Positions 1 through 14,975 of a stretch of 64,000 bases of DNA are shown here, piece by piece. Source of the DNA: Octopus vulgaris (taxonomy: Eukaryota); the NCBI GenBank assembly GCA_951406725.2, contig OX597820.1, forward strand, positions 33,108,001 to 33,172,000, read 5' to 3'. The position numbers were made by a program, and so were the translations under genes. The stretch's first letter is position 1, and each line of letters begins with the position of its first letter. Under the pieces are notes generated by a model. The model saw nothing but the letters and a program-made list of their open reading frames with translations, was not told the DNA's origin and searched no databases.

Positions 1-126
1 TAACCATATATCTACGAAATCCGCCAGCCCAATGATTTCCCTTCGTGGCAGAATAGTCAAGACTATTTAAGCATTTTATCCTATGTATGAAATTTTAAGG
101 CGTTTCCCTTATTTTGTCCAACCCCT

Positions 127-200
<74 letters not shown>

Positions 201-456
201 GATGTTTATTGGAAAGGACAAGAGAAATGCTCGTAATTATCGTATTACCGTTGCGCTGCATTTTCACATTATTATACATCTGCTTGTTGTGGCAGTGATG
301 CTAGTGGTCATAGTAGTGATAGCGGCGTCGGTGGCGGCAGCGGTGGTAGCGCTGTGGTGATGTTAGTGATGGTGTTGTTGATAATCGGAATATTGGTGAT
401 TGGTGCGTGCTCATATCTAGAATACCTTGACTGGCCAAGGGTTAAACAATAAAGGC

Positions 457-487
<31 letters not shown>

Positions 488-561
488 GTAGCAGCAACAG
501 CTAATACCTCGACCTACAAGAAATAGCATTCAAATCTCTTTGATATTATTAGACTCAGCCT

Positions 562-826
562 AAGGCGGCGAGCTGGCAGAAACGTTAGCACGTCGGGTGA
601 AATGCGTAGCCGTTACGTTCTGGGTTCAAATTCCAATGCGGTCGACTTTGCCTTTCATCCTTTCGGGGTCGATTAAATAAGTACCAGTTACGCACTTGGG
701 TCGATATAATCCACTAAATCCGTTTGTCTGTTCTTGTTCGCCCCCTCTGTGTTTAGCCCCTTGTGGGTAGTAAACAAATAGGTATTTCGTCTGCCGCTAC
801 GTTTTGAGGGCCCTGTGCCACCAGTA
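562..826 (+). mobile_element. tRNA-derived SINE, family A (head GGCGGCGAGCTGGCAGAAACGTTAGC; central GACTTTGCCTTTCATCCTTTCGGGGTCGAT motif)
   Basis: A-box/B-box-like head (TGGCAGAAACGTTAG; GGGTTCAAATTCC). The same sequence recurs more than 10 times in the window (8963, 25745, 27418, 35308, 35691, 59850 and others). Confidence 0.8.
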
Positions 827-895
827 GAAAGGATTATTATGCTCAACCGTCTAAAAAGAGAACTCTGGATAGTATAGTCTTAGATACGCTGTGTG

Positions 896-1228
896 AAGGC
901 GCATGGCCCAGTGGTTAGAGCGTCGAACTTACGATCGTGAGGTTGTGAGTTCGAATCCCGGACCGGGCTGCGTGTTGTGTTCTTGAACAAGACACTTTAT
1001 TTCATGTTACTCCAATTCACTCAGATGTAGAAATGAGTTGCGACGTCACAGGTGCCAAGCTTTATCGGCCTTTGCCGTTTCCTTGGATAACACTGGTGGC
1101 GTGGAGAGGGGAGGCCGATATGCGTGGGCGACTGCTGGTCTTCCATAAACAACCTTGACTGGACTTGTGCCTGGGAGGGTAACTTTCTAAGTGCAATCCC
1201 ACGGTCATTCATGACCGAAGTGGGTCTC
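896..1228 (+). mobile_element. tRNA-derived CORE-like SINE, family B
   Basis: A box TGGCCCAGTGG and B box GTTCGAATCC, followed by a CORE-like block TGTGTTCTTGAACAAGACACTTTATTTC...CACTCAGATGTAGAAATGAG. Near-identical copies at 9962 and 18490(-). Confidence 0.85.
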
Positions 1229-1392
1229 AATAGACACACTGTGTTTGATGAAAAAAAACACAAAAGACATTTATAAAGTCTTTGATCAAAGTTTATCCTG
1301 GTCTAAAGAACAACAACAAAAACAACAGAATCATCTCGCATATTCTTCCAGCTTTTCTGTCAATTTTCACATTGTTATATATTTCATCGTTT

Positions 1393-1645
1393 TCTTGTTT
1401 CAGTCTTTAGACTGCGGCGATACTGGGGTACTTTATTAAAGGATTTTAGTCGAACGAATCAACTTATTCAACTTATTTTACCGTTCTCCTTTATGCCGAA
1501 CCGCTAGTTCTTAAACAAAAACTTAAACAAACCAACACCGGGTGTCAAGTGGAAAACAAACACACACATACACACGGACATATACGACGGGCTTCTTTTA
1601 TTTTCCGTCTACCAAATGCACCGAGAAGGTTTTGATCGGCCTGGT
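1393..1645 (-). mobile_element. Degenerate family C SINE
   Basis: Reverse complement matches the family C body and tail (GGTAGACGGAAA...GACTGAAACAAG). Confidence 0.6.
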
Positions 1646-2208
1646 GCACTGGTATTCATTTGCCTCCAAGATTGGGTCAACATAAAATTATCTTAATAAT
1701 AAATAAATATATAACTCAGACCAGGAATTGAAACCACGACCTTAAGATGGTCGTGGTTCAAAATCTTTAATTACTAAACCACACCATGAAGTGTTTTATT
1801 CAAACGGAAGAAAAATGTCATTGAGTGCCAAGACTAGGAAGTGAACCTAGGACGTTATGATCATAGCATCTTGAGCTCAACCACTGATTCAAGACCGTCG
1901 CTATATTGAATATGCTATTTAAACCGAATTGAAAAAGCTACAACGTTTGAAATATTAATGATACGTCTTTCTCGTCAAATATGACCTTGGATCAGATAAA
2001 AACAACAAAAATTAAAGCCCAAAAATCGGTTACCTAAATATCTCATATATACGTGTATTAAGCAATATTCACGCAATTCAAGTTATTACGTATAATTTAT
2101 CTCATCATATAATGCATATTAAAAAAATGCACAGAATTTAATGTTTTTATTTGTCTAATACACATCCTGTTTTAGTAGCCCAAATTACGCTACTGGTACA
2201 TTATATAC

Positions 2209-2262
<54 letters not shown>

Positions 2263-2271
2263 GTATATATG

Positions 2272-2361
<90 letters not shown>

Positions 2362-2652
2362 GTGTGTGTGGTAAGACTTCAACAAGTAGAAAAGTACTCG
2401 ATCAGCTAAGAGTAAAAGTAATGTTAAATTGTTCAGTATGTTCTCTTGAAAAACTATCTCTTAAAGAACTTGAGAACCTCCAGTATATACGTAAATTCCA
2501 GTAACGAGATTTTTTTTCAGTATATCCGCATTTCAAGAAATACATCTTATTGGAATTTCAAAGTAGACCACCAGACACTCAGTAACTCATTCACATCATG
2601 TTTACGCCAGCTTGACATCGAATTAGTACAACGTTGATTATCTCCCATGTGT

Positions 2653-3039
2653 GGAGGCGCAATGGCCCAGTGGTTAGGGCAGCGGACTCGCGGTCATAGG
2701 ATCGCGGTTTCGATTCCCAGACCGGGCGTTGTGAGTGTTTATTGAGCGAAAACACCTAAAAGCTCCACTAGCTCCGGCAGGGGATGGTGGTGATCCCTGC
2801 TGTACTCTTTCACCACAACTTTCTCTCACTCTTACTTCCTGTTTCTGTTGTACCTGTATTTCAAAGGGCCGGCCTTGTCACTCTCTGTGTCACGCTGAAT
2901 ATCCCCGAGAACTACGTTAAGGGTGCACGTGTCTGTGGAATGCTCAGCCACTTACACGTTAATTTCACGAGCAGGCTGTTCCGTTGATTCGGATCAACCG
3001 GAACCCTCATCGTCGTAACCGACGGAGTGCTTCCATTCC
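2653..3039 (+). mobile_element. tRNA(Arg-like)-derived SINE, family D, with 13-bp TSD
   Basis: A/B boxes TGGCCCAGTGG and GTTTCGATTCC. Flanked by the direct repeat ATCTCCCATGTGT (2640-2652, 3040-3052). Near-identical to 11497-11872. Confidence 0.9.
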
Positions 3040-3272
3040 ATCTCCCATGTGTTTTTCGTCTTGTCTTCTTCCTTACCAGCGTGTCTTGTTTAAACGTCAT
3101 CTGCTCGAACGACAACTGACAAACGGTCTTGTTCTAAGCTTGAAAAATGGCGAAATAAATTATTATTTCGTCCAAGAAACCCTGGGTAACTGTACTTAGC
3201 AAAACTTGTGGTTTTTATAATAAAATTGAATATACATATACACACACGCACACACACACACACGTACACACA

Positions 3273-3338
<66 letters not shown>

Positions 3339-4099
3339 AAGTGAAGTTGTAAGGTACCGCAGGAGTGGAAATATATATGAAAGAAAGTTTGAAAATGCAA
3401 TTTTTAAGATGTACATCTCTAAAATTGTATTTTCAAACCTTCTTGCGAAATATCGCTAAGCATTTTGCCCGTCCTGCTCACCGCCTTCACGCCGCTTTTA
3501 CACTGCCTTCAATAATAATAATGATAATGATCTTTCAACTATAGGCACAAGGTCTGAAATTTTGGTGGAATGGGTTAGTAGATTACATGTTTCATTGACC
3601 TCACAAGGATGGAAGGCAAAGTCGACTTCGACGGAATTTGAACTCCGAACGTAAATACGAACAAAATGTCACAAAGCATTTTGTCCCGTGTGCTAACGAG
3701 TCTGCCAACTCGCCGCCTGTATTTTGTTTTGAAATTTTGGCTCAAGGTTAGTAGTGAGGGAATTAAGGCCAGTAGAAGGCCAGTAGTCAAGGCCCGTAGA
3801 AGTGGGGGGTTAATCGATTTCATCGACCCCAGTATTTAACTGGTACTTTTTATTTTATCGACACTGGAGGGATCAAATGCAAAGTTGGTCTCGGAGGGAT
3901 TTGAAATCAGAATGTAAAAATAAGAAAAACAGGGCGGAACAAATACCACCAGACATTTTCTCCCGACACTCTGGCAACGATAAATTGTTTCATAAATTTG
4001 GCACTTGAAGAACAATAAGCAGTTGCAACAGCACGAATGACGATGAAGAAACAAAAAAAAAAAGAAAAAAAGCAACGGAAAACAGACACTTACACCAAC

Positions 4100-4289
4100 T
4101 CACCCACCACCATCACAACCACCACTAACAACAACAACAATAACAACAATAACTGCAGGAATAATTATAATGGTTTCTTGTGTTGCCACGTGAACGGAAA
4201 GCAAAGTTACTACAGACGATTACATCAAGTACATGGACAGAAGCAACAGCAGTAACAACGACTGAACCACCACCACCACCACCACCACC

Positions 4290-4321
<32 letters not shown>

Positions 4322-4425
4322 TAAAGAACGACAGCACCAGCATTACCATCACCACTATTACAAACAGCAATAGCAGCAAAAGTTCCACCACCACCACCAC
4401 CACCACCATCAACACCACCACCACC

Positions 4426-4478
<53 letters not shown>

Positions 4479-4715
4479 CTAAAGAACGACAGCACCAGCA
4501 TTATCATCACCACTATTACAAACAGCAATAGCAGCAGAAGCTCCACTACTACCACCACCACCACCATCAACACCACCAACTACTACAACAGCAACAACGA
4601 CGGCCCCGCTACCACTGACACAAACATCGACAACTTGAGTATCAACAACAGCAATAACAACAACGATTAAATAGTAACAGCAACAGCAACAACAACAACA
4701 ACTACCAAAACAACA
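4100..4715. repeat. (CAA)n/(CCA)n trinucleotide field with a ~160-bp tandem duplication
   Basis: TAAAGAACGACAGCACCAGCATTA...CAAACAGCAATAGCAGCA occurs at ~4322 and again at ~4480. Confidence 0.85.
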
Positions 4716-5049
4716 GCTATTAGCTTTCATCTAATTTGCAGAGCCGTCGGTTGGTCTGGAGAGGAAATGAAGCGGGTGTTACTATGTCAGCACCAAATAG
4801 CCATGTCACCTTTACACATACATACACACATACACACACACATAAATATACATACATACACGCATACACACATTTAGATACACGCACACACAAGCACACA
4901 GATATACACAAACGCACACATTTCATGTTCATATACTCAATAACATTGCGACATCCCCTTCTGAGCCGTTGACATAATCAACGAATACATGCAACCACAC
5001 ATATACACATATGCACATTCATACATATACATGTGTATTGTATTATGTT

Positions 5050-5965
<916 letters not shown>

Positions 5966-6405
5966 TGCAGGGGTGGGTACGCGTGTTTGTAGCACATATA
6001 AACGCGAGCGCACACGCGAATACACACACTTGTAAGGCAATTATACAGAACTTATTTATAATTACCAAACTTTCGTTTATTCATTCACGTGTGTATGCGA
6101 GTGTGTGTGTGTAATTATTATGTGTTAACGTACGTATTCAGACGCAGACACACACACATACACACGCATATGTGTGTGCGTGTATGTGTGGATAAGTGTG
6201 TGTGTGTGTATATGTGTGTATGTGTGTGTGTGTGTGTGTGAGTATCTGTAATTGCATGGTCGTATGTCGCTTTGTTATATTGTGTTAGAACCTTAACAGT
6301 AATATCAACAATTATCAATGTTCCATTGAAAGATACTGTCATGCATTTTTATGTATGTATGTATGTATGTATGTATGTATGTATGTATGTATGTATGTAT
6401 GTATG

Positions 6406-6480
<75 letters not shown>

Positions 6481-6494
6481 CTTTATTCTTTTAT

Positions 6495-6669
6495 TGTTTT
6501 ACTTGCTTTGACTGCGGCCATACTGGAGCACCGCCTTTTAGTCGAAGGTATCCTCCCCAGGACTTATTTTTCTAAGCTTGGTACTGCTAAGTTCCGGGGA
6601 CGTAAACACACCAATATCGGTTGTCAAGTGATGGAGAGGGAGACAAATATAAACACTAAGACGCGCGCA

Positions 6670-6705
<36 letters not shown>

Positions 6706-6870
6706 TAAGATGAGATTCTTTCAGTTTTCGTCTACAAAATCCACTCACAAGGCTTTGGCCAACCCGAGTCGATAATAGCAGTCACTTGCCCAAGGTGCCA
6801 CGCAGTGTGTGTGAATCCGGATCCATGTGGTAAGGAAGCTAGCTCCTTACCACACAGCCACGCCTGCGCC
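6495..6870 (-). mobile_element. Family C SINE with internal (CA)n
   Basis: Reverse complement begins GGCGCAGGCGTGGCTGTGTGGTAAG, contains CACCTTGGGCAAGTG (CORE-like) and the GGCGGTGCTCCAG tail. Confidence 0.8.
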
Positions 6871-6953
6871 TATATACGCACACATATATGTATATGTCCC
6901 TTTTTTGTACCACGTAACTGTCTGGATGTTTTGCTTTTTTTACCCCATTTTTG

Positions 6954-6999
<46 letters not shown>

Positions 7000-7014
7000 T
7001 TTTTTTTTTTTGCC

Positions 7015-7280
7015 CCTTTCAAGCCTAGCCAGGCTCATGGGCCCGGTTTCTGTGGCGTATGTGTTCCCACAGCTGGACGGTACGCCAGTCCATCGCAGCG
7101 TTATTCAGGAAACAGGAAGAGAGAGTGAGAGAAAGTTGTGGCCAAAGAGTACAACAGGGGTCACCACCACCCCCTGCCGGAGCCTCGTGGAACTTTTTAG
7201 GTATTTTCGTTCAATAAACACACACAACGCTCGGTCTGGGAATCGAAACCACAATCCTCCTACTGGGCCATTGCACCTCC
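7015..7280 (-). mobile_element. Family D SINE with alternative tail
   Basis: Reverse complement has the family D head/body but ends ...GAAACCGGGCCCATGAGCCTGGCTAGGCTTG, as at 51009. Confidence 0.75.
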
Positions 7281-7284
7281 GCAG

Positions 7285-7329
<45 letters not shown>

Positions 7330-7611
7330 CGTACAGGGTGTGTATTTATATTGTATGTCGTTAGGTTTTTAGACGATCTAAGGTCTATTTTTTCACTATA
7401 TTGGCACAGAAAGTTTTTTTTCTTTTGCCCTTATTTATAATTGTTTATAATTTTCACCTTCAAAGATATTTCAATATGCTGGCCACTGATAAAATTTTAT
7501 TTTTCTAAAAAAAAATGTATCTTTATATTAGAAGTATATATATATATACTTCTAATATAAGGATACACAACCAATTTCATTCAAATTTTACACATGCCTT
7601 ACTCAGGGTCC

Positions 7612-7888
7612 AACAAAACTCCTTGTAATCCCAAAGATGAACTGAAGGCAAGGATTATGGCAGCATTCACCAACTTAAATAAGGGGACCGTCCAGAAGAG
7701 CTGCAGGAGATTCTTAAGTTGTCTAGAGGCCATGGTTGAAACCAATGGCGATTTTATTGAATAAATTTACTCTTTAGTATTTCAAGATATATTTATGTAA
7801 TTTTGGTAAATATCTCTGTGAAAATGAGATATCAGTGCTATTTTCATTTTTGCGTAATTTAGCCGACAGTTCATTCACCGAACCCTCT
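7612..7888 (+). pseudogene. Tc1/mariner-superfamily transposase C-terminal remnant plus probable right TIR
   Basis: 7612-7764 reads NKTPCNPKDELKARIMAAFTNLNKGTVQKSCRRFLSCLEAMVETNGDFIE*, a typical IS630-Tc1-mariner C-terminus. Ends ...CACCGAACCCTCTA. Confidence 0.7.
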
Positions 7889-8752
7889 ATATAGACATGC
7901 ATACAAATATATGCTTATATATGCATGCATATACCTACATATATATACAAACATATGGATATAAGCCTGTATACATATATATACGTACATAGATATACCT
8001 ACAGTCACATATATTCATCAAATACCTTGAGAATGTATTTTCGTACAGAAACTTAATTCTCAACACCTTACAATCTTTACTACACAGACATGCTGTTCCC
8101 TCCTTCTGCCCACTCAACTGTTACTATCACGTACTCTGTTCCTCTGGACTAAATACATATATACTACATATAGCTTACTACCCGACACATCTGCGGCATT
8201 TGTTGTTCTTCTCGGCGTCTACTCATACTTCCACGATCTACACAAACTAATGAACCAAATCCTTTTTGCCTTGCAGATCAAACGAAACCGCCCGGAAGTC
8301 CCTTTTTGGCCCTTGTTTCTTCTAATAGGCACCGACCTACATTTGCTTCAAAGTTGACCGTATCAGTGTGACCAGTGTATGTAGGCCTTGCAAAGGTTAA
8401 GGACGCTGACCACTTCGTCCTTACTAAGGCCATGCAAAAACAGCATGGCTCTTAAAGTGGTCATTAAAGGTGCTTTGGTGCAGCTGAATGAGTGACCAGT
8501 GTGTGTACATAACACTTGAATGTCACTAATCAACAACCACGCGTGTAAACATACACACATACATTTCTATGTGCATATATACATACATATATCTCTTTAT
8601 ATTATGTATATACTCGTACGCATATACACACCACTTGAAAGTTATCAATTGACAGATGTTGCGTGAGCATACGCACGCGCACATATACATAAAGTTATGT
8701 ATACATACGTAAAGTTATAGGTATACGCAAACAATAAGTGCTAACTATATTC

Positions 8753-8877
<125 letters not shown>

Positions 8878-8962
8878 CATACATATACATCTACATACAT
8901 ACATATACATAAACATAAATACACACATAGATATACTCACACATTAATATCTCTTATTATAT

Positions 8963-9340
8963 AAGGCGGCGAGCTGGCAGAAGCATCAGCACGCCGGGCG
9001 AAATGCTTAGCAGCATTTCGTCTACCGCTACGTTCTGAGTTCAAATTCCGCCGAGGTCAACTTTGCCTTTCATCCTTTCGGGGTCGATTAAATAAGTACC
9101 AGTTACGCACTGGGGTCGATATAATCGACTTAATCCGTTTGTCTGTCCTTGTTTGTCCCCTCTGTGTTTAATCCCTTGAGGGTAGTAAAGAAACAGGTAT
9201 TTCATCTGTCTTTACATTGTAAGTTCAAGGTCCGCATCATCCTTTCGGGATCGATAAATTAAGTACCTGTTGCGTATTGGTGTCGATCTAATCGACTGGC
9301 CCTTCCTCAAAAAAATTCGGGCATTGTGCCTAGAGTAGAA
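8963..9340 (+). mobile_element. Family A SINE with partially repeated 3' unit
   Basis: Full head and central motif, then a second CATCCTTTCGGGATCGATAAATTAAGTACC unit. Confidence 0.85.
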
Positions 9341-9621
9341 GAGATTAATATATATTATATATATGGATGCGTACAAATATGTATATACGCACAATCATAT
9401 ATACATGCGTTATACACACACACACATGCATACATACCTCAAAATAATAAATATATTCATTTCTGTACAAATTTATACACATACAAGGATACACACATAT
9501 ACATAATTATATACATACGTACATACATGTGGTGCTGTATTCATTAAAAGAAACGTGTGTCGGGCTACTTACAAGCAGCATAATTACTTTCAAGTGTGTT
9601 CATATGTTGACACAGGCCAAG

Positions 9622-9654
<33 letters not shown>

Positions 9655-9870
9655 TACAGGCACAAACACGTACAGACACTTGCCCGTGCGTCAACATACA
9701 GATTCACACACGCATATAGACACTAACATAAGACAATATATATCAAGGAATATATATATATATATATATAAAAAAATTCTTTATTTCATAGGCCTGTCCA
9801 CGTAATACGTATACATATGTGTTTACATGAGTGTGCATGTATACATGCAAATATGTGTGTGTGGGTGTGC

Positions 9871-9961
<91 letters not shown>

Positions 9962-9964
<3 letters not shown>

Positions 9965-10283
9965 CTCAGTGGTTAGAGCGTCGAGCTTACGATCGTGAGG
10001 TTGTGAGCTCGAATCCCGGACCGGGCTGCGTGTTGTGTTCTTGAGCAAAGCACTTTATTTCACGTTGCTCCAGTTCACTCAGCTGTAGATATGAGTTGCG
10101 ACGTCACTGGTGCCAAGCTGTATCGGCCCTTGCCTTTCCCTTGGATAACACTGGTGGCGTGGAGAGGGGAGGCTGGTATGCATGGGCGACTGCTGGTCTT
10201 CCATAAACAACCTTGCCCAGACTTGTGTCTAGGAGGGTAACTTTCTAGGTGCAATCCCATGGTCATTCATGACCGAAGGGGGT

Positions 10284-10286
<3 letters not shown>
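9962..10286 (+). mobile_element. Family B CORE-like SINE inserted in (TA)n
   Basis: Near-identical to 896-1228; (TA)n on both sides. Confidence 0.85.
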
Positions 10287-10351
<65 letters not shown>

Positions 10352-10429
10352 GTTTTCCTGGAGCTAAAAGAACAGTAACATCGTCCTCTACAGGATTTCC
10401 ACAGCCACTCACACGCACACACGCGCCTC

Positions 10430-10488
<59 letters not shown>

Positions 10489-10539
10489 TTCATGTAATAC
10501 ATATAACTCCTTCTAAGTACGTTGAGTGCCCTTTTATCG

Positions 10540-10950
10540 TTTTGTTACCAACTTTGACCGTCCGCAAATCCCGAATTCTAGTTTAGTTTGTGGGAGCAAC
10601 TGTTTTCTCGAAGGCACATATTGCCATGAATTGCTTGAAATGTGGAGTAGATAAACAACATCCGACAACTGATGAAGGGTCGTTCCTTATGTTACTTGTC
10701 CTGTTTTCCATTTGTTTCTCCCGTTGTTCGCATACAAAAGTTTATCCTCATATTTCATACTATTGTCGTATTCCGTATTTCATGTTGTTTTCGTATTCCA
10801 TGTTTTTTACGTTTTGTGATGTCCTGTACCCATATATGCATATATATATATATATATACATATATGTATGTACATACATGTACGTATATATGGCTATATA
10901 TATATTTTATTTATATTATTATATGATTGAACGCCACGCATCCATTTCTA
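10540..10950 (+). mobile_element. Non-coding (TA)n-associated repeat, putative Penelope-like pLTR family
   Basis: Homologous to 37440-37690(-), 38066-38510(-) and 42440-42650. The conserved ATTGAACGCCACGCATCCATTTC lies beyond an internal (TA)n. Confidence 0.55.
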
Positions 10951-11049
10951 TACATACACACACACACCTATATATACAGATATACGCACACTCGCGCGCA
11001 CGCACGCACGCACACGCGCGCACACACACACAAACACACATATTTCATA

Positions 11050-11445
11050 GGGCAGGCGTGGCTGTGTGGTAAGAAGCTTTCGTCCCGACTAGATGGCTCT
11101 GAGTGCAGTCCCACAGCATAGTTTCTACTATACTCTTCTAATATAGGTTCGGGCTGACCAAAGCATTGTGAGTGGATTTGGTAGATGGAAATTGAAAAGA
11201 GGCCCGTGTGTGTGTGTGTGTGTGTATTTATGTGTCCGTGTGTTCCCCACCACTATCACCATTTCTTGATAACCGATGTTGGTGTGCTTACGTGTGCTAA
11301 CGGTTCGGCAAAAGAGACCGATAGAATAAGTACTAAGCTTACAAAGAATAAGTCCTGCAGCCGATTTCTTCGACTAAAACCTTTTCAGGCGGTGCTCAGG
11401 CATAGCCGCAGTCAAACGACTGAAACAATTAAAAGAATAAAAGAA
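11050..11445 (+). mobile_element. Family C SINE
   Basis: GGCAGGCGTGGCTGTGTGGTAAG head, internal (GT)n, tail GGCGGTGCTCAGGCATAGCCGCAGTCAAACGACTGAAACAA. Confidence 0.8.
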
Positions 11446-11496
11446 TGTATGTACGTATGTATGTATGTATGTATGTATGTATGTATGTATGTATGT

Positions 11497-11872
11497 ATGG
11501 CCCAGTGGTTAGGGCAGCGGACTCGCGGTCATAGGATCGCGGTTTCGATTCCCAGACCGGGCGTTGTGAGTGTTTATTGAGCGAAAACACCTAAAGCTCC
11601 ACGAGGCTCCGGCAGGGGATGGTGGTGATCCCTGCTGTACTCTTTCACCACAACTTTCTCTCACTCTTACTTCCTGCTTCTGTTGTACCTGTATTTCAAA
11701 GGGCCGGCCTTGTCACTCTCTATGTCACGCTGAATATCCCCGAGAACTACGTTAAGGCTACACGTGTCTGTGGAGTGCTCGGCCACTTACACGTTAATTT
11801 CACGAGCAGGCTGTTCCGTTGATTCGGATCAACCGGAACCTTCGTCGTCGTAACCGACGGAGTGCTTCCATC
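11497..11872 (+). mobile_element. Family D SINE inserted in (TATG)n
   Basis: Near-identical to 2653-3039; (TATG)n on both sides. Confidence 0.9.
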
Positions 11873-11923
11873 ATGTATGTATGTACGCAAGTATGTATGT
11901 ACGCAAGTATGTATGTATGTATG

Positions 11924-11954
<31 letters not shown>

Positions 11955-14874
11955 GCGTATATTCACACACACACACTCACGCATACGTACATAGAAAAAG
12001 AAATGGATTGAAGGGGAGAAAAAAAAACGTGATAAACCCGAAAAATATCGAAGAAAAAACTGTAACAACAACAATATAAAAGAATAGTTAAATATACCCG
12101 TGTCTGTTAAATTATCGCTGATTTGACCCGATAAGATGTGAAAAAAAATTTGAAAAAAGAAGATAATTGCCGACATGATAAGGTAGAGTCTCATGAGATT
12201 TAAAATAACTGTTATTTTTACATCTTCACGAATTGTTTTGCAATTCTAATGTAGTAAGGTTGACCAGGTGTGATCTCTTTTTGTTATTTATTATTCGTGT
12301 CTGTATTAATAATTCTGAATAGATTTAGTCAGCTATCTGGCTTTGTTGCTATACCTGGCTGTGTGGAGACACAAATAGTAACATAGACCCGCCCGGTCGT
12401 GTAACTTCACCTGTTTAGATTCACCACTGGCATTCATATATAACTGACCTGGGTATAAGGGCGGCGACCTGACAGTATTGTTATCACGCTGTACATGCTG
12501 GATTCCACCGTCGTCAACTTTGCCTTTCACCCTTTCGGAGAAGATCAAATAAGTACTAGTTGAGCACTGGGGTCGATGTAATCGACTTACCCCTCCCCCT
12601 AACTTGCTGGCCTTGTGCTAACATTTGAAACCATTATTACACCTGGGTATAAAGTACACCGGGCAAAATGCTTATTGACACTTCGTCCGTCTCTATGCGG
12701 TGAGTGCAAATTCCGCCGACGTCAACTTTGCCTTTCATCCTTTCGGGGTCGATAAAATAAGCATCAATTGTGTACTGGGGTTGGTGTATTTGACTTACTC
12801 ACTTCTCCCGAAATTACTGACTTGGTGCCAAAATTCAAAGCCAATAATTATCCACTACTGTTTCCGTGTTTTGGGTTACTTGTCTGTATTAATCACAGAC
12901 TTAAACACTGAGTTGAGGTACTATCCTTGATAGTGTGATGCACAATATACAACCCCTCCTCAGACACTGGTCCTCACATTTCACGGTGATTTGTCATGTT
13001 GAAGGAAAGACCTAAAGCTCTAATTTAATAGTAATACCGTGCCAGCTGAAACCTTCACGAGGAGATCCTGTTCTTACTGATCTGGGCAAATCTAGAGGGG
13101 CAGAAATCACAAAAGTAAGCAAAGTCCCCGATGGCAGAACAAGTTGATGACGACCTATGATCTCAACAGCTGAACAAGCGAAAGGGAACAATACCAGACG
13201 GAGTGACTATAAAGGTACAAGTCAAGCAATACCTTGGCTGATAGCAGTCAGTTGCAGTTTTGTTATTCGATCCAGCATGTCATATATCACATGAGCTACA
13301 GAGAATATCTTCGAAACCACTGTACGTGGATCACTTCTTGGTAGGCTAGGATCGATTCTAATCAAAACCACGTCAACTGCATTTTTCCACTGAAGAAAAA
13401 AAATACTCGGAAACGATGACAACGATATCAACCACTGTGACCCGTGGGACTTTCTGAATGACACTTCTAATTTGACGATGAAAATAATGTTTATTAAAAT
13501 TATCTCGAATTTTTTAGTACTGCGGCCCACCTTATGATGAGCCATGTATTAAGGCGGCCTGCTACTCCTAAAAGGTTGCCAATGCCTTGTCTAGAGGAAT
13601 AGGCAATGCCCTTGTCTTTCAGCCCCTCAGAGATTGATGAGATCAATAGGTTTAATATTACACTTTAACAGCTGCTTTTAGTGGTTTCAGGCAGTTGATG
13701 TACTGGGGGGGGGGGGAAGAAGCGGACATAATGGTTAGTGCAAAGCCTATGTGGTTGGAAGAGGAAGGATGTGTACCTGTGTGGAGGTGGCACAAAAGCA
13801 GAAGTCACTGTCGTAATGACAGAAAATGAAGAACGAAGAGAGATGTTTGTGGGTCAGAGGTTGGGGTATGTTGGAGATAGGCGATAGACTTGATGCTACT
13901 CAGTTCGTTGACTATTTTTCGGATGCTGTTTAGGATGCCTGTGTGCGTTGTAGCAACACCATAGTCCTAGATGCAGCAGTAGTTTTCCATTTTGTATCAC
14001 ACACCTTTGAAGAGAGAGCGAGGGGGAGAAGAGAAAAATATTCTAATATTTATATCTCCGTATCTACCTGACCACGTGTGCACCTATATCTGTGTACATT
14101 GTTCACTTATATTCATACAGCATTTTAGGTTATGCCTGGTTCATTAATCACTCGCAGTAATATCTAACTAGCCAGGTATGTTGTTATATACCTGCACACA
14201 TTATACTTATATATCACTACAGATATAACCAAGTGTGTTGCTATGTCTGGGTCTATCCTACTGAGAGGGCTAGGTGTGTTGTTATGGTCGGATTTATGAG
14301 GGCACGTGACCTAGTGGTTCGGGTGTTGCGCTGACGATCGCGATGTCGTGGTTTCGATTTCCGGACGAGGTGCTACATATGTTTGTGAACAAAACACTAC
14401 ATTTTTCGTTGCTCTGCAGTCGTTTCGATATTTGACGAGTGACACACTTTTCACCTGTACAAGCATTTCGATTTGCTAGGAGTAGCAAGTTAATGTACAG
14501 CAGAATCATTTAAGCACTATAAACAAATCCTCTGTGCAGGCTGTTCAGTAAGAAATTAAGGAACGCACACTCAGGTGTCATTTACAGCAAGGGGGTCCAC
14601 AATTTACTCTTTTACTCTTTTAGTTGTTTCAGTCATTTTGACTGTGGCCATGCTGGAGCACCGCCGTTAATCGAGCAAATCGATCCCAGGACTTATTCTT
14701 TGTAAGCCTATTACTTATTCTATCGGTCTCTTTCGCCGAACTACTAAGTTACGGGGACGTAAACACACCAGCATCGGTTGTCAAGCGATGTTGGGTGGGG
14801 GGGACAAGCACATACACACAAACATATACACACACACGTACACACACACACACACACGCGCGCCCACACGCAGG

Positions 14875-14916
<42 letters not shown>

Positions 14917-14975
14917 ACTATAACTGCTTAAAAGGATCTGCACAAGATCTTCATAATTTGATAACTTCGTGTTCC

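Noticed and set aside
896-970. tRNA-like sequences at SINE heads
   Set aside because: No complete cloverleaf, and they continue into repeated SINE bodies; SINE heads rather than tRNA genes.
10635-10682. Permuted (type II) hammerhead GAAA...CTGATGA
   Set aside because: Stems I and III cannot be formed convincingly in any of the copies.
12950-14000. Higher-complexity sequence, possibly coding
   Set aside because: No sustained ORF or recognisable motif; probably an old unclassified repeat.
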